DNA from: a virus
DNA: 64,000 nucleotides
Direction: 5' to 3' (one strand)
Virus record (IMG/VR): IMGVR_UViG_3300007723_000001
Location: 1-64,000 of that record
The notes beneath the pieces are model-generated. The model did not search any database and was not told where the DNA came from. It saw only the letters and a program-made list of their open reading frames with translations. How positions within the stretch are numbered: position 1 is the first letter of the stretch; every line of letters starts with the position of its first letter. Shown here piece by piece: positions 1 to 10,812 of this stretch. The position numbers and the translations under genes were made by a program.

Positions 1-3000
1 AGAAAAGAATTGTAACTTTTCTCTTTCAGAAGTCATCTCATTAAAGAATTCTTTAGGAGTCAAAGTAAAAGGTCTAGCTTTAGATCTAAACTTATCTCTC
101 ATCTCTTGTTGAGATATATCCCAATATTTACCTTGGGGGGCTGCTAATCCTTGTAATATAGCTGGTCTATCCTCATGCAATGAAATGCTCATTATTTGAG
201 CAACATCTCTAGCTTCTAAGCCTATACCTTCAGCATAAGTTTTGGCCTTCATTTTATATTGTTTGATCTGTTCATCGTACATGTCTTTTGTACTACTGAA
301 CATACCTTTGGAAGCCTTATATATGTTCTTTAGATCGGCTTTTAACTCAGCACTAAATTGTAGTAGCCTTTCTTTTTCTGCCTTATACTCTCTTATTAAC
401 TCTCCTTTGGCAGCTCTAAAGCCGGTTGATAACTCTGCTTTTTCAGACTTAAAGTTATCATGGATTTCTTTAATGTCTTGAGAGTATACATTTTTAAGTG
501 CCTCCTGTGCTGTACCAGATCTTAAGTCTAAAGTAATAGATTCAGCAGTCTGTCTAGTCCATCTTAGGAACGGGGATATAGAACCTTTGTTACCAAAACT
601 ATCAAGGAAAGAAGAGAATGAAGTTAGTCCAGTTGTTCTTCGAAACTCTTCAGCTTCAGAAGATTTATATAGAGTCTTACCTTTAAACAGACGTTGTATG
701 TTCCCAACCATTCCATTAGAAAAAGAATTATCTTGCATAACTTGATAAGCATTCTTGTGAAGAAAAGATAATAATTCTTTCTGACTTAATTCTCCTTTAG
801 ACCTAAACTTGGACAACAATACATCTAAAGAATTAGTGACAAACTCATCAGGTAACATTCCTGTAGACTTTATCCTAGACTGTTCTATATCATAAGCATT
901 CATTAAAGGTTGCTCTGAAGTACCATAAATACCTTCGTATAACGATAACCCTGTAGCTAAATTAGACAAAGATACTCTGGTTGTGAATGGTAGTTTATTT
1001 GTAGTAGAGGGTTCGAAATCACTACTAAGAGTTTTGAAGATAGCAAAGTTTAGTCTAGATATATTATTAACTCTATCTTTAAAAACTGGACTAAAGGCAG
1101 ATCCACTTTCATATTTAACTCTAAGTTCTTCTAATTGAATTTCCCTTCTAGTTCGTAAATCATTTACATTAGCCTGATGTCCTAAATTCAGGTCTGCCAT
1201 ATTAACTTCTAATTCAGCATTCAAACCTTTACGTTCTCTTATACTGCCTTTAATCCTACTTTTATAAGTGTCAATTAGAGACGTAGTGTCATCTTTCAAT
1301 TTAGTTAGTACTGATTTTTTAGTATCTATTAATCCTTGATTGTCATAATATCCACCAATGCCTTCAGATAAAAAGAAGTCCGACATCAAAGAACTTTGCA
1401 ATTCTCTTAAAGAAATCACTGCAGTCAATCTTAAATGTTCGTCCCCTTTAGCATCAGCACTTATCTTAAAAGATTCATACTTTCTTATCTCATCATTTAT
1501 AACTCTGTTTAGTCTTAGTATTTCTTGTTCAGTTTCAGGTTGACCTCTTTTAGAAAGGAGTCTATTTATTTGAGATTTATAAAGTTCTACTGAATTACTT
1601 AAATTGACTAATCCCTTATAACCAGTCTCACTCATACCCTGAGTTAAAGCCGAACCCATAGTTTCTAGATATTTTCTATATAAAGGATCATCTTGAGTGT
1701 TATCTAAGTCAAACTTACTTAATGCCTGTGTAACAGTATTCAAAGCTTGAGCCCTTTGAGATGTATAACCCATACTATGTCTTCGCATAGCTTCTTCAGC
1801 CTGTACTATGTAACCAGGGGGTACTAACCACGAAGGAGTACTGACTTGTACTGCGCCAGGATATGAATTCTTACCAGCCAACATACTTTGAGCATTACTA
1901 GCAGAAGCAGTAGCTGCCATCAATCTAAGAACACCTGATTCACCAGCTGCCTCTTTATACCATCTTTGTAAAAGAAGCATTTCATCTTTATCTAAAGTCA
2001 CCTCATCAGTACCAGACATTCTAGCTCTCATCATCTTATCTCTAACATTAGACAATTGAGTACCAGGAGTAAAAGCACTTGCTAAGAATATAGTCTTACT
2101 TATCAATGCATCCACATAAGTACCATATTGATCCCCTAAAACTTTCAAATCAGATCCTGACAATAAATAACTATATACTTCGTTATCATAGTTAAGCTTG
2201 ACTCTTTGACCCCCTCCCTCAGATGATGGCATAAAGTCAAAGGTAGGTAAAGAAAAGGCGAAGGACTTATAATTTAATCCGTCTATAACAGGTGAAGTAG
2301 CACCGATGCCGAAAGGTTTGTCACTATCTAAACCATATAGTCTATTTACATCAATTGCCTCTTGAAGATCTAACTTATTTAAAGTACCAATAGCTCTCTC
2401 TTTAAATTCCTTAGATATTATATTCTGACTCTCTAATTCACTATATATTTCTGATAATACTTGTCTACCTGAATAAGATCTTTGTTCTAAGCCAACCCCT
2501 AATTCTTCTGAAAGAACAGTACTGGATGGATCTACAGTTAAAAGATTCTGTAATAGTTGAATATTAGTATTTAACTGTTCAGAGTTTCGATATTTATATT
2601 GTCCTAACAATGGATCAGAATCTTGCTTTTGTCTTAATTCAGCAATACTCTTCATTAATAAAACTGATGTCTCAGAAACTATTTGACCATAAGCTTTATA
2701 CTCCTTCTGTATTCTTGATAAAGCTGCACTGCCCTCTACACTATTTGAACTATATAATCCTAGAAACTTGTTTCTTGATACTTGGTTGGCAGTTCTTATA
2801 TCACTAACTGAATATATGGAAGATCTATCAAATCCAGCTCTACTGAGTTCCCCTGAAATAGATGCTACAGTCTCCCCTTCACCTACTATAGCCATAACCT
2901 TAGAAAGAGTTGTACGGAGTTCACTTAGTTTCCCTCCCTGTTCAAAAGCTTGAATATTTTGGTTAAGTGGTTTTATTAAGTGTTGAAATTCTGTCTTTGC

Positions 3001-6000
3001 AGTTAATTTAGATCCAATAGGCTCTTTACTTTGAGATGCCATTAAATGAGTAGACAATCTTACTATTGGTGAAGATTGTATTGCTCCTCTTATGGCGGCT
3101 CTTGTTAATTCTAGATATTGAATTTCTTCTACAGCTTCTGAGTCTCTACCTTCTCGTCTAGCTCTAACAGCCTTTTCTAAAACGTCCATATTATAATCAT
3201 TACGTATAGAAGCTAATAGAAGAACTATACGGTCATCTTGAAAATTAAACTCAGTAGGAACTTCTATTAATTTATTCTGATTACTTAACTGTAAAGTTAA
3301 GTCTAAAGAAGTAGCTAACATAGCTGCTTCTTTCTGATCTCTAGCATTGATATTTATATAATCTTGTCCTATTAATCCTCTACCTCCATTAGCTTCTTTG
3401 AACCGGTCAAACAGCATGAACTTTAATTCTTTCTGTATAGCTAATAAAGAATCTCCTTCACCTCTTAATGCTTTGTTTAATAATTCAGGATCAATTAATG
3501 TAGGAATGGAAGGCGTTTGATGAACACTGAAAGCGTCTTTAGCTTTCTTGATAAGGTTACCACCAAGTTCGCTAGATAAACCTAACCATACTTTCTTCTC
3601 ATAATCTGTAAGAGTCTCTACGTCTTTAGTGAATAATCCAAGTAAAGAATCTAAAGATCCATCCTTACCCACATCTTTAATTACTTTAATGGCTGAATCA
3701 CTAGATAGAAAACTAACTAAAGCTTGATTTCTATACCATACCCCTAAATCTCCCTTCATTGCAGAGTGAAAGAGAGACGCTTTTAATTCTGTTTTTATAT
3801 TGGGATTGGAAGACGAACTTATCCATGAATCTCCAAATGCAGTTAATATACCAGCCGCTAATTGTTGTGCTTTCCTTTGACCTTTACCAGTATCTACTTC
3901 ATATTTTAAATAAGCAGTACCAGTGGTTTCATTAATAGATAAATCTAATAGATTAGAAAGTAATCTTTTATCTCTTATAATTGCTGAGCCATGAGCAAAC
4001 CCTGGATAACTTTTAAAGTTAGCAGTACTAAATAGACCGAATACATCTTTCAGTTGTATATCTCCATAAGCACCACCTTTCTGATTGTTAAGTTGATGGA
4101 GTAGATAAGAGAAGAAATCTAAGTTCATACTACCATCTTGAGATTTATAGAACGCTTCAGCACCAGCCATTTTCATAGGGGCTTTAGCAAGAGTTCCTAC
4201 ACCTTCTATACGACGAGAACCACCTAACTCAAAGGCTCTATTGTATATAAATTCCCACATCAATTGATTGTTATCCGCGTTAGCCATAAGTTGTTTAGAA
4301 CTTATAACATACTCAATACTATTCTCAGCATTCCTATACCAAGTCTGTCTTTCTAAGGTGGATACATTTGGTAAATCATCTACTGTCCTAAAGTTATCAA
4401 TAACTCCTACAATAGCTGATACTTGATCCCTAGAATCCATAGAACCTTTCACAAAATAACGGCCTGAATCAGAGACTTCTATTGAAGTATTATATCTATC
4501 TGTACCTATAATACTCTTTAATAAATTAGTCTTATCTTCATTAGTAAGCCTAAGCATATCTATAGTCTCTCTTGGCATCATACCATTACTTTTATCTAAA
4601 GATCCTATATCACCCCAAACTAATATACGGTTACTGTCATGATCAAAAGTGACTATATCCTTAGCATTCACTTTTATATTACCGACACTATAATCTTCTG
4701 CCATCATAGACGCCTTTTGTCTCTTCTCTGCTCTCTCTATAAAACCACTCATAGTCCCTACTCTAGCTTTTTCATCTTCAGTAAGTGAACTGTAAGTCCT
4801 CTTACCTAATTGAATGGATCTTGCTATGGCAGTATCTGTTCCATAATATGGGTTACCAATACCAAAGTCGGTATAATCTCCTCCTAGTCTAACTAAAGCT
4901 ATTGGATTTAAATCAGCCCTAGCTCCTGTATAACCTTTTTTACCTGTAGCTATCATGTCAGCTAAGCGGGCGTTAGAAAGTAATAAGAATCTTGCTATAG
5001 AATTCTCTTTGTAAAAGTCTTCATCAGAGAACTTAAATTCATCTCTAAGTTGCTCTTTATAACGATTAATAGACTCAATTAAATCAGAAGTTAAAAAGGA
5101 TCTGAATCCTGCACCACTAGCTAAAGACACAGAAGTCATATCGTTTATATATTGATTTGTATAATCAAAGACTTTAGTTAAACTACTTATTAGCTCTTTC
5201 TTATGTTTCCTCGGTACTCTAATATTACTAACCGCTTCCTCAACAATCCTTAAATTAGAACTAGAAGCCGCAGGTATTGTTTCATAGGCTAATCTAATTT
5301 GATCTAATAATTTCTGCTGATCCACTCCATAAGAGTCAATTGAAAATTCACTTCTTCTTTCTATTAATAGATTGATTAGATCAAGTCTTCTATGATTAAC
5401 TAGACTATCTGTATAAGCTCCAATATCCCCTTTAGTTCTCAGTCTATAAGCAATCTCTTGATCCAACTCATACATTGGTCTGCTACCTAATACGTTCTTT
5501 AAACGTTGAGGGATTTGACTAGCCTTTTTACTGACATTAAACTGATACGCTAGTAAAGTATGATTAGTTAATACTCTATTATTACTATCATCCGTAGTGT
5601 AGAAAGAACTAGATTTAAGTGTATTGGTAACTTTCCTTACTATATCTAAAGATGAATAAGCTCCGGATTCTACGTAATCGTGTATCTTGTCTATATCTAA
5701 AAAGCTATTATCTTGAGGAGATTTATTACTATCCCACATATCAGCTAATTTAAGCTCTTGAGGTCTTAGAATAGATCCTTGCATCCTAGCTTCTGAAGCT
5801 TGTCTGGCTTTATTTATAATAATTGCATATAGGCTATTTCTATATTCGTCATATCTTAATAGTCCACCTACTCCAGCACTTTCACCAAAGTCAGACGTAG
5901 TAACATCTCCTACTGGGGTCTTCTTTAGACCGTACATAGACAAGCCAAAATCCTCTACTCCTTCACTAACACTTCCTCCATCAGCAACTCCCCTTATAGC

Positions 6001-9000
6001 CCCGGTTAATACATCTCCTAATGTGTCCATTGGTCCGTAAGTTAATCCTTGAGCCAAAGAATATTTGAATATTGAGAATAAGTTGTTTTGAGTGTCTAAT
6101 GATTGTTCTAAAGTATTTGTAAAAATAGATTGACTTGCTGATATACCGTATAGAGGAGTTCTAAACCAAGCTTGAGAGGAGCCATAAGTAGAGCCTTGAC
6201 TAATAGATATAAAGGGTTCCATCAAAGCAGATTTAACCTGTTTAATCATGGTATTGAGCCTGTCTTGATACATGAAATCCCTTTTCATTTGAAGAAGTCC
6301 TAGACCTATATCAGCTTGATAACTAGTAGGATCACTACCTACACCTAAATGAGTATCAAAAAGCTTTTTAATTTGTAGAATAGTTTCTTCTCTCTCAGCT
6401 CTAAGTTTTCTCGCTTCTAGAGATGATATAGGACTATTGGAACCCTTGATCTTTCTATTTAAAGAATGGAGATTTATTATACTTCCTTGTAAAGCTTTTC
6501 TTAATATATAGTCTCCATTATTAATATTAGAACCAGGCCTTAACAATAAACCTTTATTAATATCAGAGACAATATCATAACCTCCCCTCAATTGGAGCGC
6601 TTGTATACCTGCATCATTTCTACCTGGGATTAAGTGTTTTTGTTTAAATGCTTGACTAAGTTGTAGAAAATCAGCATCAGTCATATTTCTTAGAAAGTCT
6701 TCACTACTAGAGACAGAACCGCTTCTATGGCCTTTACTAAGAAATTCCAAATACTGAATACCTAAATCTCCAAGCTTTGAAACTCCAGTCCTCTCGTCAA
6801 TTGTTCTACTTAATTGGGTTAGATATTCTAAAGGATGACCTATTAAAGCTCTATAACTAGTCTCACTGCTTAATGTAGACATTACACTAATTAAATGATC
6901 AATAGGATTGAGTTTTAAGGATGCTCCTTTCTCTAAAGTAGTATTATGAAATTCGTATTCCCCAGTACTTTGATTGAGAGTCATATAATTATCCCCGAAC
7001 GGTAACCCTCTTAATGCACTATTAGAATTATTTACAAATACCGCATTTCCTATCACTTTGTTTTGGTCTATTAAATAGATGAATCCATTATCAGCCCTAC
7101 TTCTTGGATCTTGAGGATCTGTTATTTTACTCTTAGTATTCAATCCTCCATTAAGATAAGTTACCCTAAATTTCATAGTAGGACTAGAAGCTTGAACTCC
7201 ACCCGGTGTTGAGTCCATAAGATTAGCAATATTAACAGATAACTGCAACGAGGTTAGAATTCCTCCTTGTCCATATATAGGAGTATAGTCAATTAGTTTA
7301 GAGCTACCTCCTGAACTTACATCTCGATTTAATCTATCTAATCTGCTCTGTAGCTCATTTAGACCAACTCTGTTTACTCTTGATTCCCATACAGCTCTTG
7401 TTGAGTTTAAAGATGTATTAACAGCTCCGGCTTGAGTACCAGTTAGTCTACGCCATTCTTTCTCTGCATATCTGCCATACATAGACAACGCAAAGTTCTC
7501 CATATCAGCTGACATACTAAGATCGTTATCTTCTCTATTAGTAACTGAACTGGATAACAAGTTTAATCCTGCTTCAGTTGAAGTAGTCATCGAATCATCA
7601 GTAGTAAATTTAGTTGACTCTCTACCAAAGTTCGAAGAACCTGATATCAATCCTTTAAAAATCATTGATAGGTCACTTCCTATACCTCTCTCTACAGCAA
7701 ATACATTCTTAACGTGGGACATAGACTCGGTCACACCTATAATACCACCTCTAGCCATTGCTAATAATTGCTTAGTAGTTCTATTAGCGTCTGACTCATT
7801 AAGATCATTTATTCTATTAGTTAAGTCTTTGTATCTTGTTTCTCTAGAACTTAATTGATTTATTCCGCCTTCCCCTAATCCTAACTTTTCTTTTAATCTA
7901 GTATTATCAAATCCGACTGAAGCTACAAGATTATAAATACTTCCCCCATAATCTTGCAAATATCTCATTCTACCTATCTTAGATATTTGCTCATTAGTAA
8001 AGTCTGTAGGGGAAATAGATATCCCATTTTTATCAGTACTAAAGTAAGATCCTTCTGATATGGCTAATCTTCCTATTAAATAATCAATCTTGGATTCCAT
8101 AGGTTTAACCACTCTATCTCTATAGTTTCTGATATCTACTGAGACATATGCTTTACCTTCGGCCAATAAGTCAAATAATTTATCTTGTACATCTCTTCTG
8201 TAAATAATACCTCTATTAGTAAGACTATTTAAAGAAGGATCAGAAGTTCCTCTTATTCTATTTAATATAGAACTACCTACTTTGCCAGCAGGAGTTTCTA
8301 ACATTTCGTTTAATACTTGTGTAGATATTAATTTATCTTCATTATAATATCCACCAAATTCACCACTGTAGTCCCCTTTATCTCCGTAGTAAAGACTATT
8401 GTCCAACTGCAGCATCCATACCTGATTCAAGTTAGCGTATAATTCTCTTACACTTGCACCTGTATAAGGCTTAGATACATAGTCAATTAAATTTCTTAAT
8501 GCAACTCCTGTATCTCCTGCTAAACCTACCTGCCCTCCTGTAAATTCTCTTCCATCTAATCCTTCAAAGGCGAGAGATCGTGTCTGTAAAAATAAGTGGC
8601 TCTCTATAATATCTTTTTGTATTCTTGCTCTTTCATTATCAGAAGCCTGAGCAACTAAAGAGGAATAAGATTGTCTTAATCTCTTTGCTACTGAGCGAAT
8701 CTCTTGAGGATCAGTAGAAGTGGAAGAGCCAAATTTATTATTATATCTATCTAGAATCCTATTATGAAATATGTATATTTCTTCATAATTAGATCCTGCT
8801 TGGTTAGGACTATTACCTACAGGAGATGTCAAGTTAAATGAGCCTATAATACCCACTCTATCTGTAGTATATACTTTAGGGTGATACATCCCCTTATCTA
8901 CAAATCGTAATGAGAACCATGTACTCAATATCTGCTCAGTCATCACTGCTGTCTGACTACTGCTTTGGTTCCCACTCATAGCATCTTCTATTATCTCATC

Positions 9001-10200
9001 CCTCACATTCCTTAACCTTTCCATAGCTATTATATTGGGACCAAGAATAGCATTCCCTACTTTATTAATTTTATTCAGGTCAGAAGTGGGTGCAGCTAGT
9101 CTAATAGATACCTGAAATTTACCTTCTTTAATATCTTGTTTCTTAGTTCTTAATTTATTAACTAAAGTGTCTATAACTGCCTTATTCTGTAATTGGAATA
9201 AGTCGATAGTTAATGAAGAAGTAGAACTTTCTATTATTGCTATTGCTGCTCTAATACCTGGTTTAGATACATAATCCCTTGAACTTAAATATTCATCAGC
9301 AGTAGCAGCCAATCTACTCTGTAAATCCCTAGCTGATTCTTGAGGATCACTAAATACTCTATTAGACCATTTACTCCGTATCATCTCGGGATTAGTTCTT
9401 ATGAACTCACTATGAATCCTACTGACCCTAGCAGTTAAATTGTATTCATCGTCTCTAATTATCGAATTTAAAGTATAAGCACCATATTTAAGGATATTCC
9501 TTTCAGACTCATCTATTTGATTTATAGCATCTGGAGTTAAGTTTAATATACTTAAACCACCATAAAAAGATTTGCCTTGATAATCCAATGTGTCGTGTTG
9601 GAACAAATATCTATAAGTATTAGTAGCTAAATACTTCTCGTACTGCTGAGTTCTTATATCATTACTTTTACTGTAATCTTTTATTATGGGTGCCACGAAC
9701 TCATCGTTAGCCCCAAATGTTGCTGCCGATGAAAAGGAGCTATCCAAACCGGTCTGAAAGTTTCCAATAATCCTTTTTAAAGCATTAGTACCACTGTTAA
9801 CTGTAGAATATATGTCACCTGAAAAAGCTGTAAAAGCATTCCTAGCTAATGCTCTTCCTACCTCTCTATAAATATCTACATGACCTCCATAGCTATTGGT
9901 AGATGATCCAGAAGTGTATTTAACTTTGGACATTGCAGAGCCTCTTTTAAAATAATCCAATCTTTCACCTTCAGACTTTTCTCTGCCCAATCCAGAATAA
10001 ACTCTATACAGTTCTTCATTTTTACTAGCAGTGACATCATCAGTTGCGTCTCGTTCTTTGTTAAAAGCTAGATGAAAATTAGTAGCGTTCTGTAATGAAG
10101 AACTTGTGCCAAAAGTGTAGAAGCCTAAAGCCTCATAGTTCCCTTTAGCAGAATTTCCATATGAAGAAAATGGGCTATAAAAATAATCATTAAAAGGCAT
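1..10200 (-). CDS. Giant (>3400 aa, runs off the left edge) putative virion/tape-measure-like protein with tandem PLD/HKD domains and a possible diverged two-barrel RNA polymerase region
   Basis: ATG at 10200 (MPFNDYFYSPFSSYG...). Large hand-translated stretches down to position 1 show no stop, and the ORF track lists no minus-strand ORF in 1-10200, as expected for an unterminated frame. HPKVYTTD..GSFNLT lies at ~8827-8883 and HVK...GSSN...EAGL at ~7564-7716. The ORF itself is high confidence; the RNAP call is tentative. Confidence 0.85.
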   Translation of the reverse strand, partial: MPFNDYFYSPFSSYGNSAKGNYEALGFYTFGTSSSLQNATNFHLAFNKERDATDDVTASKNEELYRVYSGLGREKSEGERLDYFKRGSAMSKVKYTSGSSTNSYGGHVDIYREVGRALARNAFTAFSGDIYSTVNSGTNALKRIIGNFQTGLDSSFSSAATFGANDEFVAPIIKDYSKSNDIRTQQYEKYLATNTYRYLFQHDTLDYQGKSFYGGLSILNLTPDAINQIDESERNILKYGAYTLNSIIRDDEYNLTARVSRIHSEFIRTNPEMIRSKWSNRVFSDPQESARDLQSRLAATADEYLSSRDYVSKPGIRAAIAIIESSTSSLTIDLFQLQNKAVIDTLVNKLRTKKQDIKEGKFQVSIRLAAPTSDLNKINKVGNAILGPNIIAMERLRNVRDEIIEDAMSGNQSSSQTAVMTEQILSTWFSLRFVDKGMYHPKVYTTDRVGIIGSFNLTSPVGNSPNQAGSNYEEIYIFHNRILDRYNNKFGSSTSTDPQEIRSVAKRLRQSYSSLVAQASDNERARIQKDIIESHLFLQTRSLAFEGLDGREFTGGQVGLAGDTGVALRNLIDYVSKPYTGASVRELYANLNQVWMLQLDNSLYYGDKGDYSGEFGGYYNEDKLISTQVLNEMLETPAGKVGSSILNRIRGTSDPSLNSLTNRGIIYRRDVQDKLFDLLAEGKAYVSVDIRNYRDRVVKPMESKIDYLIGRLAISEGSYFSTDKNGISISPTDFTNEQISKIGRMRYLQDYGGSIYNLVASVGFDNTRLKEKLGLGEGGINQLSSRETRYKDLTNRINDLNESDANRTTKQLLAMARGGIIGVTESMSHVKNVFAVERGIGSDLSMIFKGLISGSSNFGRESTKFTTDDSMTTSTEAGLNLLSSSVTNREDNDLSMSADMENFALSMYGRYAEKEWRRLTGTQAGAVNTSLNSTRAVWESRVNRVGLNELQSRLDRLNRDVSSGGSSKLIDYTPIYGQGGILTSLQLSVNIANLMDSTPGGVQASSPTMKFRVTYLNGGLNTKSKITDPQDPRSRADNGFIYLIDQNKVIGNAVFVNNSNSALRGLPFGDNYMTLNQSTGEYEFHNTTLEKGASLKLNPIDHLISVMSTLSSETSYRALIGHPLEYLTQLSRTIDERTGVSKLGDLGIQYLEFLSKGHRSGSVSSSEDFLRNMTDADFLQLSQAFKQKHLIPGRNDAGIQALQLRGGYDIVSDINKGLLLRPGSNINNGDYILRKALQGSIINLHSLNRKIKGSNSPISSLEARKLRAEREETILQIKKLFDTHLGVGSDPTSYQADIGLGLLQMKRDFMYQDRLNTMIKQVKSALMEPFISISQGSTYGSSQAWFRTPLYGISASQSIFTNTLEQSLDTQNNLFSIFKYSLAQGLTYGPMDTLGDVLTGAIRGVADGGSVSEGVEDFGLSMYGLKKTPVGDVTTSDFGESAGVGGLLRYDEYRNSLYAIIINKARQASEARMQGSILRPQELKLADMWDSNKSPQDNSFLDIDKIHDYVESGAYSSLDIVRKVTNTLKSSSFYTTDDSNNRVLTNHTLLAYQFNVSKKASQIPQRLKNVLGSRPMYELDQEIAYRLRTKGDIGAYTDSLVNHRRLDLINLLIERRSEFSIDSYGVDQQKLLDQIRLAYETIPAASSSNLRIVEEAVSNIRVPRKHKKELISSLTKVFDYTNQYINDMTSVSLASGAGFRSFLTSDLIESINRYKEQLRDEFKFSDEDFYKENSIARFLLLSNARLADMIATGKKGYTGARADLNPIALVRLGGDYTDFGIGNPYYGTDTAIARSIQLGKRTYSSLTEDEKARVGTMSGFIERAEKRQKASMMAEDYSVGNIKVNAKDIVTFDHDSNRILVWGDIGSLDKSNGMMPRETIDMLRLTNEDKTNLLKSIIGTDRYNTSIEVSDSGRYFVKGSMDSRDQVSAIVGVIDNFRTVDDLPNVSTLERQTWYRNAENSIEYVISSKQLMANADNNQLMWEFIYNRAFELGGSRRIEGVGTLAKAPMKMAGAEAFYKSQDGSMNLDFFSYLLHQLNNQKGGAYGDIQLKDVFGLFSTANFKSYPGFAHGSAIIRDKRLLSNLLDLSINETTGTAYLKYEVDTGKGQRKAQQLAAGILTAFGDSWISSSSNPNIKTELKASLFHSAMKGDLGVWYRNQALVSFLSSDSAIKVIKDVGKDGSLDSLLGLFTKDVETLTDYEKKVWLGLSSELGGNLIKKAKDAFSVHQTPSIPTLIDPELLNKALRGEGDSLLAIQKELKFMLFDRFKEANGGRGLIGQDYININARDQKEAAMLATSLDLTLQLSNQNKLIEVPTEFNFQDDRIVLLLASIRNDYNMDVLEKAVRARREGRDSEAVEEIQYLELTRAAIRGAIQSSPIVRLSTHLMASQSKEPIGSKLTAKTEFQHLIKPLNQNIQAFEQGGKLSELRTTLSKVMAIVGEGETVASISGELSRAGFDRSSIYSVSDIRTANQVSRNKFLGLYSSNSVEGSAALSRIQKEYKAYGQIVSETSVLLMKSIAELRQKQDSDPLLGQYKYRNSEQLNTNIQLLQNLLTVDPSSTVLSEELGVGLEQRSYSGRQVLSEIYSELESQNIISKEFKERAIGTLNKLDLQEAIDVNRLYGLDSDKPFGIGATSPVIDGLNYKSFAFSLPTFDFMPSSEGGGQRVKLNYDNEVYSYLLSGSDLKVLGDQYGTYVDALISKTIFLASAFTPGTQLSNVRDKMMRARMSGTDEVTLDKDEMLLLQRWYKEAAGESGVLRLMAATASASNAQSMLAGKNSYPGAVQVSTPSWLVPPGYIVQAEEAMRRHSMGYTSQRAQALNTVTQALSKFDLDNTQDDPLYRKYLETMGSALTQGMSETGYKGLVNLSNSVELYKSQINRLLSKRGQPETEQEILRLNRVINDEIRKYESFKISADAKGDEHLRLTAVISLRELQSSLMSDFFLSEGIGGYYDNQGLIDTKKSVLTKLKDDTTSLIDTYKSRIKGSIRERKGLNAELEVNMADLNLGHQANVNDLRTRREIQLEELRVKYESGSAFSPVFKDRVNNISRLNFAIFKTLSSDFEPSTTNKLPFTTRVSLSNLATGLSLYEGIYGTSEQPLMNAYDIEQSRIKSTGMLPDEFVTNSLDVLLSKFRSKGELSQKELLSFLHKNAYQVMQDNSFSNGMVGNIQRLFKGKTLYKSSEAEEFRRTTGLTSFSSFLDSFGNKGSISPFLRWTRQTAESITLDLRSGTAQEALKNVYSQDIKEIHDNFKSEKAELSTGFRAAKGELIREYKAEKERLLQFSAELKADLKNIYKASKGMFSSTKDMYDEQIKQYKMKAKTYAEGIGLEARDVAQIMSISLHEDRPAILQGLAAPQGKYWDISQQEMRDKFRSKARPFTLTPKEFFNEMTSEREKLQFFS

Positions 10201-10380
10201 AAGTAAGATTATTAACTTTGTGCATTAATAGATAAGAGGAAGGGAAAGAATAGTTAAATACAAGATATATAAGATGTAAATTTATTACTATATGAAAATA
10301 TAAATTACTTTAAAACAACAACTTATTATTATTTCTTATATACTGATATATATTATAAATTTCATTCGAATATATCTTAT

Positions 10381-10812
10381 ATGCCTAATCTAAATAAAGT
10401 AATCTATCCAACCTTAACTTTACCTTCAGGTAAGAAAGTCCAATTTACAAGTGTAACCTTTTTAGATAGAAGGAGAATATTAAAAAGTTATAAGCAAGAA
10501 CAGGGATACTTAATGGAAGAAATGTTAGCAGCCTATGCCTTACATACTATAGATGGTGAACCTTTAGATACTGGATTTGGTAGTCCCCAAATAATTGAAA
10601 GATTAGATACTTGGGATTACAAAGATGTGACCTATTATTTAGAAGTATTTATGAGGACCGTTATGTTAGATGACGAAATGAGGTCTCAAGCAGAATCGGA
10701 TGCAAAAAAGATATCTTCAGGGGCTACCTCAACAAACCAAACCGTGACAGACAAAGACACGAGTGGTACTCCTTCAGGTCTTCCCAAGGGATTAACTGTC
10801 AATCGAAGTTAA
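10381..10812 (+). CDS. Putative tail assembly chaperone (gpG-like)
   Basis: Small protein with myovirus chaperone-like pattern (TLTLPSGKKV..., L..WD.KD..Y); contains slippery heptamer A AAA AAG encoding ..AKK.. Confidence 0.65.
   Translation: MPNLNKVIYPTLTLPSGKKVQFTSVTFLDRRRILKSYKQEQGYLMEEMLAAYALHTIDGEPLDTGFGSPQIIERLDTWDYKDVTYYLEVFMRTVMLDDEMRSQAESDAKKISSGATSTNQTVTDKDTSGTPSGLPKGLTVNRS
10704..10710 (+). other. Programmed -1 ribosomal frameshift site (A AAA AAG)
   Basis: X XXY YYZ heptamer in the correct phase. The -1 frame is open from 10704 to the TAA at 11390 (10704-11004 checked codon by codon), fusing into the listed 11004..11390 ORF. Confidence 0.8.

Noticed and set aside
242-2953. Four short + strand ORFs in the track
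   Set aside because: Antisense shadows of the giant minus-strand ORF, with Ser/Leu/Ile-rich shadow composition
4861-4910. NPIALVRLGGDYTDFG as the RNAP catalytic NADFDGD loop
   Set aside because: Lacks DxDGD spacing; fits better, if at all, as the beta-type GYNxED motif
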